Numbered from the whole stretch's first letter, positions 1-11,614 are shown. The stretch is DNA of 63,274 nucleotides, filler included, from Globobulimina sp. (GCA_003354225.1; 53 parts of 53 records of this genome joined end to end with filler, not necessarily neighbours in it); one strand, 5' to 3'. Numbers and translations are program-made. The notes: generated by a model not told the origin, from the sequence alone.

Positions 1-870
1 TAAAAAAAACGCGCACAAAATGACGCAATTTCCATATAGTCTAATTGACGCACAACGTGGCGCCATGAAAGTCGCTAACATAGGCTAAAAAAAAAATAAA
101 AAATTTTTAATTGGCACTGCCACTAAAAACCAGGCAGGTTTGTTACCATCGTGAAAATTACTTTTGATTCGCTCCTGGCCTAATCGGGTGTACTATATGA
201 ATGTACTTTAAAGCCACAAGCATTAGACTCAACTGGCCTTGGCTGGCCCACAGCTGCCTCTCAAAGTTGTCCGATGATTTCGGCAAAATTTGTCCGAAAT
301 ATGGCCAATATTCAAAGTGGCATAATTCTACAACTAAACGTACTAGGGATTTCTAGTTACTTGCAATCGATAGTGTGGCCAAGGCTGCATGTTTGATAGA
401 AATTTAGTAATTGTACTTCATTTGTTCACGAAATTATACATCATCAAAAAATGGTCGAAATGTGATTTTTCGAATTTTTCAAATATGACCATTTTCAAAA
501 TGTCATAAACTCTGGCGCCCCTTCGACCCTGGGTTGGAGCTTCTGTATCTGATAGCCATTTAAAAGGACTTTCGAAAACAGGTCTAATCTCCGTGCTTTG
601 GGCCTCTGTTATAGAGCACTACTCTCTCGAATTTGAAAAAATCCGATTCAGCACCCATGCTTTAGGAAGGTGTAACTTTGCCAATTTCAATCTTCTTTGA
701 TTGATTCTTTTTCCATTCGATTGGTCTCATTGAGAAGATTATTTTGAAAAAATAAATATTACATTTTGCTCGAAAATTGACCAAGTTATATCAATTTTTC
801 CATATTTGGCCATTTTCTTACCAAGGTTGTTTTTCAAAACTTGCTCAATTTTGACACTGTTGTTGATTCA

Positions 871-1097
871 CGAAGCAGTAAACTGGCCGCAAACATTAAT
901 TTTGGACTTGTTTTCAAGTTTTTTAGCAATTAAAATCAGTTTTCCGGGAAAAAAATTTTTTCAAATTTTTTAGGCAAATCATGGTGCGTGTCAGGCGCCA
1001 AAAAAATGAAAAATTTTTTTCTAGAAAAATGATTTTAATTGCTAAAAAACTTGAAAACAAGTCCAAAATTAATGTTTGCGGCCAGTTTACTGCTCCG
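871..1097. repeat. Long inverted repeat (~105-bp arms, ~20-nt loop), foldback/MITE-like
   Basis: 874-938 (AGCAGTAAACTGGCCGC...TAAAATCA) is the reverse complement of 1030-1094, with imperfect extension toward the centre. Confidence 0.9.
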
Positions 1098-1197
1098 NNN
1101 NNNNNNNNNNNNNNNNNNNNNNNNNNNNNNNNNNNNNNNNNTTAATTAATTAANNNNNNNNNNNNNNNNNNNNNNNNNNNNNNNNNNNNNNNNNNNN
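1098..1197. other. Artificial contig linker (44 N + TTAATTAATTAA + 44 N); first of ~52 identical linkers spaced ~1.2 kb apart
   Basis: The same N-run with a six-frame stop cassette recurs throughout, and flanking contigs are near-identical in length (size-sorted). Confidence 0.99.
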
Positions 1198-1351
1198 TGA
1201 GTATGTGGAAGATGATAAATATGTGCTGGAGGATGATGATGATGGCACAACATTTTATCTTCAAAGAACAGTTATTTTAATTGAGTTTATAAAGAAATTG
1301 GTTAAATTGTTTAATATAAAACGAACTGGTGATATTCCATCAAAACAAGGT

Positions 1352-2215
1352 TTAAATTTGCAACTCTTTCTTAATAATAATAGTACGGCACGACTCAAAC
1401 ATCTTTTTGACACAACTCGTGTCGGTGGCACATGTGACATGGAAATGAATCTCTGTTTTCTGTCCGCCCCTTTCCCCTCTCCTTTGATCTCGAAACTTCT
1501 GCTTAAAAAACGCAATGATGTCATCATACTTTTCGTCGCCATCAAAATCCTTAAAATGTTCCTTGACCGGATATTTCCCCACTTTCTTCTCAAACAAATC
1601 CGACTTGTTCAGAAACAAAATCACGTGCGAATCCTTGAACACATCCAAGTTTACAATCCCCCGAAATAAGCCAATGGCTTCGCGCATGCGATTATTGCGG
1701 TTGTCTTCCCACAATAATTGGTTATAGCCACTCAACGCCGCCACGAAGATGATGGCCGCCGTGTTATCGAAGAAATGCATCCATTTTCGGCGCTCATTCT
1801 TCTGTCCGCCCACATCGAATATCTCGTAAATCTCCTCGTAAGCGCCCCGCTTGTCCTCCAACGCGAATTTGATTTTGTTGACGCCGGTGGTACGCTGACG
1901 GGAATGGATCAAATCCGTGAAAGTTGGGATATAGTCTTCGTCGTAATATTCATGCATATGTTGGAAGAGGTACTCAGAAGTGTCGATTAATTGGAATTGG
2001 TTCCTATAATCGAGGGTGCGCCGAATATTCTGGTCCGCCCATAATTTGCTGAAGTCGTCGTAATGCTCTTTGGCGAATTTCTGTTTGTCTGACATGCGAG
2101 CTACGCGATCGCGGATTTCCTTGTTGGCCTCAGAGACGCGAGTATTTTTGCCTTGGTCCGCCAAGATGTCGCTGTAGATCGCCAATGTGCGCATGGCTTC
2201 AATCACATTCTGAGC
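1352..2215 (-). CDS. Heterotrimeric G-protein alpha subunit (partial)
   Basis: Motifs RQRTTG (G2), DVGGQ (G3), FLNKSD (G4) and TCATDT (G5). The P-loop region is absent from the contig. Confidence 0.97.
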   Translation of the reverse strand, partial: AQNVIEAMRTLAIYSDILADQGKNTRVSEANKEIRDRVARMSDKQKFAKEHYDDFSKLWADQNIRRTLDYRNQFQLIDTSEYLFQHMHEYYDEDYIPTFTDLIHSRQRTTGVNKIKFALEDKRGAYEEIYEIFDVGGQKNERRKWMHFFDNTAAIIFVAALSGYNQLLWEDNRNNRMREAIGLFRGIVNLDVFKDSHVILFLNKSDLFEKKVGKYPVKEHFKDFDGDEKYDDIIAFFKQKFRDQRRGERGGQKTEIHFHVTCATDTSCVKKMFESCRTIIIKKELQI

Positions 2216-2394
2216 GCGGTTGGGTTGCGAATGTGCGTATGGCGTTTTTTACATATTTTTATAGTGAGATTATGTTAGTTACGTACCTGAGTTANNNNNN
2301 NNNNNNNNNNNNNNNNNNNNNNNNNNNNNNNNNNNNNNTTAATTAATTAANNNNNNNNNNNNNNNNNNNNNNNNNNNNNNNNNNNNNNNNNNNN

Positions 2395-3491
2395 TGATTG
2401 CGCCGATGATTATAAATTTGTTGAATCAGACTTTTTTTTTTACTTGATTTTACGCGAATTCCCCATTTATTAGATATACTAAGAAGTTCAGTTAATGTTT
2501 TATAGTTTAATTCTGGTTCACTATAACCTTTAGTAATATTATTTTGTTGAGCCATAACTCTATAATTAGTAATTTGCTGAGGGGTAAATGTTTGGTTTCT
2601 TTTGATTTTTTTGTGTATTGCTTTTTTTGCATTGTGTTGTGTTGATTTAGGTTTATTGGATGGTTTTGGAGATTGGGATGGTTTTGGAGAGATGGGATAT
2701 TTTGGAGTGTTAAGAGTTTTTGGATGTTTTGAAGGCACTCTATGGAACAACATATCAAAATCCTCCTCATCATCATCAATTGAATTTTTTGTTTGTTTTG
2801 GAGTTTTTGTAGGGAGTTTTTGTAGAGATTTGGGATGTTTTGGAGCTTTGGAAGGTATTGAAGATTTTGTAATTATTTGTAGTTTGGGATTTTTTGCAGA
2901 TTTTGGAGGTGAGTTGTGTTTATTATTTGTGTTGTTTTTGTTGAGTGATAAAGTTGAGTTACCACAATGTTTCAAATTCGAAACATAATCAGATATAGCA
3001 GCAGAACCTTGTTGGTTATTTAATTTTTCTAATAAAATAACATAACATGCTTTGGAATTAAAATGTGGAACTTTTTTAATTCTGTCATCATTACAATTTA
3101 CAACACCATTAGTTGTTGCTATGTCAGTGGAATAATGACCATATTGAACACTGTGTCCATAATGATTAATTACAGAAATAACTTTGTACGCAGTGTGTGT
3201 ATCATTACAGTTTAAAACAACATGTTTTGTGCAATTAACTGCATTGGTTTTCTTCATGCCTTCCATTGAAATAGACTCATCAAAGACGAAGCGTTTTAAA
3301 TGAATCATCAAATATTTTTCTGATAATTGTGCAAATTTGGTTTGTTTAATATCTGAATGATTTTCTTTACAATGCACACATTCTAATAAATCTACTGGCT
3401 CTGATTTTATATACATTTCAATTAATTGTTGTAATGAACAGCTTGAATTGTCAACAGGTAAATCAAGAGTTAACATATATTGTGCAACTGT
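2395..3491 (-). CDS. Ubiquitin-specific protease (C19/USP) C-terminal half followed by a Pro/Lys-rich low-complexity tail (partial)
   Basis: CVHC zinc ribbon, LMIHLKRF, His box VINHYG..GHYS, NCNDD and ACYVILLEK. Confidence 0.9.
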
Positions 3492-3861
3492 NNNNNNNNN
3501 NNNNNNNNNNNNNNNNNNNNNNNNNNNNNNNNNNNTTAATTAATTAANNNNNNNNNNNNNNNNNNNNNNNNNNNNNNNNNNNNNNNNNNNNGTGCGAGCA
3601 AGGCTGCAGCGCTTTCAAATTCTGGTTTAATTACCACATAACTATTTAGTGACTATTTCAATCCAAAAACGAAAATACTTTTTCGTTTATCTTTTAGAAT
3701 ATATCGTTTATACGATTGTAAGCCTTGCAATTGCAAAAACATTAATTGTCATTGAGAAAATACAAAAAGGAAATATAAATGTTATATGCTAATAAATTAG
3801 TGGATCAATTGGAGTTTAGCATTATGAGTTTGTAGCCGTATACAAAATATAAATCTATGTG

Positions 3862-4688
3862 ATGTTTCCAGTTATAATATTCATTTCTTTTCATTTATAT
3901 TCATCAATTGTAGCAAGCAAATATTTTCTACACTTACAATGCAACCAACTCGACATACACAGCATATGCGAGAGCATTGACAATGAGGATGGTTATCCCG
4001 ACGGCACACTCGATCAAATAATATACACTTTGCATATGCACAAAAAACCGCACTCAGCAATTGGAGATTGGAAATATTTTCTACATTTAGATCAATCTCA
4101 ATATCCAATGACAAAGGATGCAAATAAAAATCATCAATTTACGTATCATCAATATACTCCACACCCAAATACAGAAAGTTATTCAAGAAAGCAGTATGAA
4201 TATATTGTGTATCTGTCGCTAGATTCTCAGGATGGACAATATATGTCATGGCGGTCGACATCAATCAAATTAACAATGATTGTTGAATGTCAGTCCGATG
4301 ATTCCGGTGAGGTTAGTTGCTATTTAGTGGAATTACCAGTTCTCTGCAATGAAATAGAAAACAGTCAACCAATTGAAATTCATCAGGCCATCAAACCGAG
4401 TCAATCCCCAACAAAGGAACCAACAAAGAAACCAACACGATACCCAACACAGCCTCCAACATTTACCACATATTCTGACGAAGTACTGAAACGAATATCA
4501 GATGCTTACAAGTTGGAGTGCTCAATGTTTTGTCATCCAGAGTACTGTCATTTTACTGCATTGGATTCTTGGGAGTATTTGTTTGCATATCCAAAATGGG
4601 GCAGACGCACTAGAAATGAGGGCGCTTTCTATTATTTGCAAAAATATACAAGTGTGATATTATATGTTAACACATATCCAGGGCAGAC
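3862..4688 (+). CDS. Secreted or surface protein with PT (PTxxPT) repeats (partial)
   Basis: Hydrophobic N-terminus and PSQSPTKEPTKKPTRYPTQPPT. Confidence 0.6.
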
Positions 4689-4869
4689 NNNNNNNNNNNN
4701 NNNNNNNNNNNNNNNNNNNNNNNNNNNNNNNNTTAATTAATTAANNNNNNNNNNNNNNNNNNNNNNNNNNNNNNNNNNNNNNNNNNNNATGTTCCAAAGG
4801 GACAAGAATCACTTTTTGGAACGCTTGCAGCTAAAGCCCTTCGGTAGTAAACAAAGAGGGTTTTTCGAA

Positions 4870-4901
4870 TGTTTAACCTCCGAACTTAATTGGCAGTAGT
4901 C
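4870..4901. repeat. Dispersed ~32-bp repeat, copy 1 (copy 2 at 13013-13044)
   Basis: TGTTTAA(C/G)CTCCGAACTTAATTGGCAGTAGTC is shared by two unrelated contigs; 24 nt are identical. Confidence 0.85.
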
Positions 4902-5400
4902 TAATGTGAACAAATTTAACTGGATTATGTGCGATAGATGTCATAATGGTTTAAAATAGCGATTGCGTTTGCTTTCATCAGACAGGAACTGATATATTGA
5001 AAGCAAAAACCAATCGAATCTGGAATTTCAATATTTAAATGTGCCGCTCGGCGTTGTGCATATTTTAATTGTCTCGAATTAATGTTATTATCATTCACAT
5101 ATTGTTTATATTTATTGATTTTTATATATATGTTTATAATAGCAATTCAACATGATCATGACTTATAAATTACAAGGAAAATGTAACTTGCTGGACAGTT
5201 TAAGGTAAAAAACCTTTAGCTTCGTACAAAAACGGTTCAAAATGTTTCTGACGCTGAGATCGCTTGAGAACAGTAAATTATGTTAATCATATTTGACAAA
5301 AACATTTACCCATAAAATTTCGAAAACAGATAAAAAAAAGCAAAATACAAAAAAGTTGCCGCTCGAACTGAAATAAAACACTAGAAAAATACAATTTGTA

Positions 5401-5884
5401 TTATATATTTGGTGCCTGATGATTATCGAAACAATATTTAATGACAGTATACACCTCCATTTCTCTTAATTGTTGCATAGTATTTCCATCAATACTTTCA
5501 TCGTTAATTGTATTTGAAATATTGAATGGGAAATCTTTATCAAAATACAGAAAAGCTGAATCTGTTAATTCTGAATTTAAATAATTGCAAATTTTATCAT
5601 CTGCTAATTTATTTTCCATACAATATCTCATAAATTTTCCCTTTCCGAATTGATCAAAATATTTTTTATTAAAATGTTTATAATAAATAGCCAATGCCTC
5701 ATCAACATATTGCGTATAATTGGTATCCTGCTGCTTTTCAGATTGTTTTGCATCGCATTCGTTAATTTTTTCAACAATAACTTGCATTTTTTTGGCCGAT
5801 TTACTAGGTCGAAATGATGGCGTTAACATAGAACTCGGTGCTGGCGTTAACATAGAAATTGGTGATTCCAAAGCAGATCGAGCT
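5401..5884 (-). CDS. Hypothetical protein (partial)
   Basis: 156-aa ORF with normal protein composition and no recognised domain. Confidence 0.5.
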
Positions 5885-5984
5885 NNNNNNNNNNNNNNNN
5901 NNNNNNNNNNNNNNNNNNNNNNNNNNNNTTAATTAATTAANNNNNNNNNNNNNNNNNNNNNNNNNNNNNNNNNNNNNNNNNNNN

Positions 5985-7080
5985 TTACCATATATGGTAA
6001 CTGTTACCATATATGGTATGTTACCATATATGGTACATTTACCATATATGGTAACTGTTACCATATATGGTAACATACAGCACTGTGTTACCATATATGG
6101 TAACAGTAACCATATATAGTAACTGTTACCATATATGGTAACTGTTACCATATATGGAAACAGAGCCACTTCTGTTTCCATATATGGTAACAGTTACCAT
6201 ATAAGGTAACAGTTACCAAATAAGGTAACTGTTTCCATATAGGTAAGGTAACTGTTACCATATAAGGTAACTGTTACCATATAAGGAAACGGTCAAAACG
6301 TAATATGCATTTTGGTGATTAAAAAACGTATTCTACCGAGTTTTTAGCTTTTCTAAATCATTTTATGGTATTACAGCCAGTAATTTGCATTTCACTGGTT
6401 AAAAAACGTATTCTACTGAGTCGTGGTACATTTTAATTAAACTTTTTGCCTTAAATAAACTTAGCCTGCAAAAAAGTAAAGCTAATTTAGCGCACTAATT
6501 CTCTCACTCAATCTCTGCAAATATTCATTATATCTTCTTATTATTATCATTATATCTTTTCTCTTAACCATCATCAGTCATCAGTTCCCAGTTGGATTGC
6601 TAAATGCGGTCGGGCTCCCTCTGATCTGACCGGGTACATATGCAACATAATCAAGAGAGAAATAAGCGATGTTTTAACAAATATTTGACAAGCTTCTTGT
6701 TTGAAAAGTTCTTTGATTGAAGATTGAAATCGACGCAACGCCCCAGTTGCTGGTTATTTCGTCACTCAGTCAGTCTGTACATTATGTACATACTGTCAAC
6801 TGTCAACTGTAGCAGACCACAGATGACAGAAAAACACACTTATAGACTCTCGGATACAACATGAAGTAATAGTTATTACTGAATAATATTGTGTAAATGG
6901 TCACTGCGATGGAAAGAACAATGGAAAAATGATTTAGAAAAGCTAAAAACTCGGTAGAATACGTTTTTTAACCACCAAAATGCATATTACGTTTTGACCG
7001 TTTCCTTATATGGTAACAGTTACCATATAAGGTAACAGTTACCATATATGGTAACAGTTACCTAATATGGTAACAGTTAC
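5985..7080. mobile_element. Foldback-type element: inverted arms built of a 19-bp palindromic satellite plus an ~85-bp unique inverted segment
   Basis: (GTAACTGTTACCATATATG)n at 5985-6290 and 7005-7080; 6281-6364 is the reverse complement of 6926-7009; ~560-bp non-coding core. Confidence 0.8.
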
Positions 7081-7232
7081 NNNNNNNNNNNNNNNNNNNN
7101 NNNNNNNNNNNNNNNNNNNNNNNNTTAATTAATTAANNNNNNNNNNNNNNNNNNNNNNNNNNNNNNNNNNNNNNNNNNNNTTCGGACTTTGGTGATATTG
7201 AAAACGGTGCACAGATTCAAGAATTACTAATA

Positions 7233-7940
7233 ATGGCAAAGTGTGCGTATAATTTATATAGTTCAAGCCACTCAAATCAAATTAAACAGCAACTTAGCAT
7301 CAAAGATCCAACATTCAACCAATACCTAAACTATTTTTTAAGCCATTCCCATGAAATCCTCCAACATAATAACAAAGATGATGAGAAAATAAATAAATTA
7401 ATTTTATCCCCAAAAATGAGCACAGCAATATATACCATTTTAAGTGACTATAATTATTACATTCGATTAAAACTACAAAATGAAACTTTAGAATCATTAC
7501 ACAAAATGCAAAAGACATTTAATCCATCACTTCTCCCTCCACCTACGCCGTCAGAAGTTGTTTTAACAGAATTATGGACAAATGGCAACCACACAAAAAA
7601 TCAATGGATTGGTCATGGATATTATTATAAACATGGAATAGGTCCAAAATTCACCGATTTATATATTGATTATGATTGCTTAGAAGATAACTTTATGAAA
7701 TTAACAAAAGCTAAAGTGATGATGGCAGATTATAACTTATTAAGAAAGGATTTCAGTCAGCACCTAACAAATATGAACGACAAGCAAATAAATAAATGGT
7801 TAATTGAAAATTGTGCTTATTTTGCTCAAGGACAAATAAATCGAATGTTAATGAAATATGAGAAAGGCAAAACAGATAATATTGACATAACTCATTATTT
7901 AAAATTTGGTGATAACTTAACAATCAATGATTTTATATAA
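7233..7940 (+). CDS. Hypothetical protein (partial)
   Basis: 235-aa ORF; no confident domain assignment. Confidence 0.5.
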   Translation: MAKCAYNLYSSSHSNQIKQQLSIKDPTFNQYLNYFLSHSHEILQHNNKDDEKINKLILSPKMSTAIYTILSDYNYYIRLKLQNETLESLHKMQKTFNPSLLPPPTPSEVVLTELWTNGNHTKNQWIGHGYYYKHGIGPKFTDLYIDYDCLEDNFMKLTKAKVMMADYNLLRKDFSQHLTNMNDKQINKWLIENCAYFAQGQINRMLMKYEKGKTDNIDITHYLKFGDNLTINDFI

Positions 7941-8276
7941 TAATAAAAATAAGAAGAATTTTGGTACCGAAAAACATAAAAAAAGTTTGAAAGCAATAAA
8001 TTCGATTTTAGAATTAGATGAAGTGGAACCTCTTATAATGTCATTCAAAGAAGGAAAGGCAAATAATAGTGACAAGTCCAACTATGTATTATTACGAAAT
8101 GGAATCGATATTTTAAAGCAGGGATTGTATCTTTGCTATAACTCATTATTTATTTTAGGTATCAGAGAGATTACGATGAATATAAGAGACATTACAGTGA
8201 TATTAAAGTCAGGTAAACCGGCAAAACATATGGATAGCTACAGACCCGTTTCTTTGCTGTCGAGCTGCAGCAATCC
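7927..8276 (+). mobile_element. Non-LTR retrotransposon reverse transcriptase fragment (start of RT domain)
   Basis: ITVILKSGKPAKHMDSYRPVSLLS matches the LINE RT motif I.K.GK......YRPISL. Confidence 0.85.
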
Positions 8277-8480
8277 NNNNNNNNNNNNNNNNNNNNNNNN
8301 NNNNNNNNNNNNNNNNNNNNTTAATTAATTAANNNNNNNNNNNNNNNNNNNNNNNNNNNNNNNNNNNNNNNNNNNNAAAACGATGTATAGCAACATACCA
8401 CATGGCTCTTTCCATAAAAACGTTGTCCTCAAAATAAGGGGAAATATAGAAACATGGTGCACTTTATGGTATTAGTATTT

Positions 8481-8577
8481 TATCAGAAGTCAGTAATATC
8501 GAGTCGGATAACGTGTTTCTAAAAACAAAGTTTTTAGAAACACGTTATCCGACAAGATACTATACTGACTTTTGATA
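8481..8577. repeat. Hairpin: perfect 24-bp stem (8503-8526/8530-8553) with a 3-nt loop and imperfect outer extension
   Basis: GTCGGATAACGTGTTTCTAAAAAC AAA GTTTTTAGAAACACGTTATCCGAC. Confidence 0.95.
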
Positions 8578-8750
8578 CAATGTTTTACCTAAAAAAATGA
8601 CCATACAGTGAATTTTATTATATACAGTGAATTTCAGAAATAATATAGTTTTGCTTTTTTTGATTGACTTGTGGGAATAAATAACCTAAACTCAAAATAA
8701 ACCTTTTTCACTCCTACTCTAACCCTTTCACCTTAAACAATTTAAGCGCG

Positions 8751-9269
8751 ATGTCCAAAAACAATAATAAAGCAATTAGTAATAAAGCAGTTTATGATTC
8801 GAAAGCGGTGATTCCATTTTCATCGAAAAGTGTTGCGAAAGCCCGGTATGATCCGATGGTGAAATTAGAAGAAATGAATCAAGTCTTGCAAGAAGATGTA
8901 GATTTATTGGAGGCAGCTTGCGAAGATAAAGATGATGAAATGATGGATTTAGAACAAGAATTGGATGATGCGAATGCAGACCGGGATGAATTAAATAAGC
9001 AGATTAGTGTATTAAAGGAGGAACATTTGGATGTCATCATGGATATTCATATGGCATCGGAAGAATATGAGGATGAGGTGGTGCATGTATTAGATAATGA
9101 TGCGTTGCAGATTCAGGCGTTAAAAAATAAAATTAAAATGTATGCGCAATATGCCGCCTTGAAAGATGATGCATTTCAAGCGAAGAAAGTGGAGTTAAAA
9201 AAGGTGAAAGAGAAAGTTGCTGCGCGTCAACATATTCATTGTATTCGTGTTTATAATGATTATAAATGA
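8751..9269 (+). CDS. Intronless acidic coiled-coil protein
   Basis: Complete ATG-TGA ORF with heptad-like L/E/K/D-rich sequence. Confidence 0.7.
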   Translation: MSKNNNKAISNKAVYDSKAVIPFSSKSVAKARYDPMVKLEEMNQVLQEDVDLLEAACEDKDDEMMDLEQELDDANADRDELNKQISVLKEEHLDVIMDIHMASEEYEDEVVHVLDNDALQIQALKNKIKMYAQYAALKDDAFQAKKVELKKVKEKVAARQHIHCIRVYNDYK

Positions 9270-9587
9270 CTACTTAAATTTGTTTATAAATATTGCATAT
9301 TAATAAGTAAATTTGTACCATATAAATAATAATAATTTCTTTATCTATTTTCTCTTAATTATTTATTAGTATTTGTCTATTAATTATTGGTTTTGATTTT
9401 GATTTGTCGCGTATAAAATTAATTAGTTTGTATATTTCTTTTTGATTTGTCAATTAAATTGATTAATTTTGTNNNNNNNNNNNNNNNNNNNNNNNNNNNN
9501 NNNNNNNNNNNNNNNNTTAATTAATTAANNNNNNNNNNNNNNNNNNNNNNNNNNNNNNNNNNNNNNNNNNNNTATATACTGTATAAC

Positions 9588-10133
9588 TTGTTTTGTTTTT
9601 ATATATTTAGATTAACAGATAAAGCATGTTTAGTGTTGGATAAATATATATATGGCCGTGGACGGGAAGTTACTATGGATAAAGCTATTTGGTATAAATG
9701 TATTACGTTTAGTGATAATAATGACAATGACAATGACCATGACAATGAGGATATAATCTCATCCACATTTGCAACATCATCATCGCAAGCAACTAATGAG
9801 GGCCATGGATTGGCAGCAAATTCAAATAAAAATGAAGCAAATCCATTGTGGTGGCTATGGTTATTGATATTGATAATATTTATTTTCCTTTTAATTATAT
9901 TATTTTTTGTTGGAAAGAGATATATGAATAATAAGCCTCAACGAATGGATGTTGCGATTTCCAGTGCATACTATGACTATGATGCGGACAATGAAATTCT
10001 CAATGAAGGCGATATGGAAACAACTGCACAAATTGAACAATGGAATATGGACACAAATACAATTGAAATGGAAAATACATTTAATGATAAAACAGAGACA
10101 GAGACAGTGATAATGTCGTCGTTTGTTGAGTAA
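9588..10133 (+). CDS. Single-pass membrane protein, C-terminal part
   Basis: Strong TM segment LWWLWLLILIIFIFLLIILFFVG followed by KR and an acidic tail. Confidence 0.7.
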   Translation: MFCFYIFRLTDKACLVLDKYIYGRGREVTMDKAIWYKCITFSDNNDNDNDHDNEDIISSTFATSSSQATNEGHGLAANSNKNEANPLWWLWLLILIIFIFLLIILFFVGKRYMNNKPQRMDVAISSAYYDYDADNEILNEGDMETTAQIEQWNMDTNTIEMENTFNDKTETETVIMSSFVE

Positions 10134-10202
10134 ATCTTTAAATTGTGATAATTGTATAATTTTAATCTTATTTAAATGTTTGTGATTGAGTGATAAAAAT
10201 AA

Positions 10203-10560
10203 AGTGATTCCATGACCAATTTTGTGTCGCTAATTGTAACCCCAAAAAACGTAAATAAATTGACATATGCTGCCTTATTTAGAGAAACACAAAAACACAT
10301 TATTGACAACAAAATCATTCTTTGGAAAATAAAGTCACATACTGATTACTGAACCCGAACAGCGAGTGTATAATCAAATAGCTGACAGATTAGCGACGCT
10401 CGGAAGAATGCATCCCAAAAACAACAATCTCATAATCCCCAGCATAAACTCCACACATTATGCCATCTACAAATCGTTCGATATCCCTTATGGATCCAGC
10501 GATGGATCCTTGTTAAACCTCAAGGGGATGTTCCAGCAATCCGTGAGCCTGGAATCATAA
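10203..10560 (+). pseudogene. Retroelement-type RNase H fragment with a frameshift
   Basis: Reads SDSMTN...KIILWKIKSH, then in another frame TEPEQRVYNQIADRLA. A 7-nt ACTGATT duplication-like insertion at ~10341-10347 explains the shift. Confidence 0.75.
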
Positions 10561-10978
10561 ATATTTTCGTTTTCTAACTAAGAAAGTTTTCTCCTAATTT
10601 TATATATGGAAACGTTTTGTATATGAATTGCAGAAATGACTTGGGAAAAGAAAAATCGAAATTTTTTANNNNNNNNNNNNNNNNNNNNNNNNNNNNNNNN
10701 NNNNNNNNNNNNTTAATTAATTAANNNNNNNNNNNNNNNNNNNNNNNNNNNNNNNNNNNNNNNNNNNNGTTTATGAAAGACGCATTTTGATCAATTTATA
10801 AAATAAATACTTTTTATTACCGGCGATAAAACAGCATTCTACAAATATTTTACTTACAAATTTCTCGCTAACTTTTATTTAATTCAAAAAATCCAACATG
10901 CGACTGGTAATAGGTAATCTATATAATTCTCGCTAACTTTTCTATTAGAGAGTACTTTTGACATAATCAGTTGAACCA

Positions 10979-11614
10979 TTAGTAACTATTTGACATAATC
11001 TTTAAAATTGTAGAGGGAAGTGGTAGAGAATTTATGTTATAGTCACATATCCCGATTATTCTGTCGGAACATAAGGAGAAAAGTGTCTTGTCCAATATAG
11101 TTACGCCATTGGTAGCATCGTCATTTTCAAGGGAAATTGATACCCATAATGTGGCAGGAAAGGGTTTTCCATCGAGCGGATACTTGATTTCTTTGAACTG
11201 TTTCGTAATTGGGTTATTTATAGAATAGCATAGTATAATGCAACTTTCAAACGGTCTAATGGCCAGTAATGGATGAGGGGTCCATCGATATTCGAAATAT
11301 GCCATTGTGACATGATGGGGGTATTTAGACTCTGGTAGCAAAATGGTTGCACATTTGTGAACCCCACCCGGAATTTTAAGGGTAGGGTCATGACTTGATA
11401 AAGAGAGGCATATTTGAGAACTTTCAATGTCGAAATGTAAAGACTGCTCGGCTCTAATTGGTCTATTTACAGGAACCGAATGCCATTTCCTCCTATATTT
11501 TGATAATGTTGGAACTAATTTAGCACGAGATCCATCAGAATTTAGCATTATATCACAACTTTTGCCATCTTCCGCAAATCGAAACAACAAATTGTTTGAC
11601 ATGACTGGAAACAA
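10979..11614 (-). CDS. Intronless protein with a Neuralized (NHR)-like domain and a C-terminal SOCS box
   Basis: C-terminus TLFSLCSDRII...INSLPLPSTIL fits BC box + cullin box; NRPIRAEQ..LSLSSHDP and LWVSISL resemble NHR motifs. Confidence 0.6.
   Translation of the reverse strand: MFPVMSNNLLFRFAEDGKSCDIMLNSDGSRAKLVPTLSKYRRKWHSVPVNRPIRAEQSLHFDIESSQICLSLSSHDPTLKIPGGVHKCATILLPESKYPHHVTMAYFEYRWTPHPLLAIRPFESCIILCYSINNPITKQFKEIKYPLDGKPFPATLWVSISLENDDATNGVTILDKTLFSLCSDRIIGICDYNINSLPLPSTILKIMSNSY

Noticed and set aside
1142-1153. Regularly spaced TTAATTAATTAA as a biological repeat or CRISPR-like array
   Set aside because: Always centred in N-runs; it is an artificial six-frame-stop linker.
1205-1990. 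Plus-strand ORFs overlapping G-alpha, and similar antisense ORFs over PKG, thiolase, RBR and tubulin
   Set aside because: Shadow frames of well-supported genes on the opposite strand.
5933-6290. ORF of repeated PYMVTVTIYG and a possible CRISPR array
   Set aside because: Translation of a 19-bp satellite; there are no unique spacers or cas genes.
7233-7940. SelO-like assignment from AKVMMADYNLLRKDF
   Set aside because: Resemblance is too weak and no catalytic motifs are present in the fragment.
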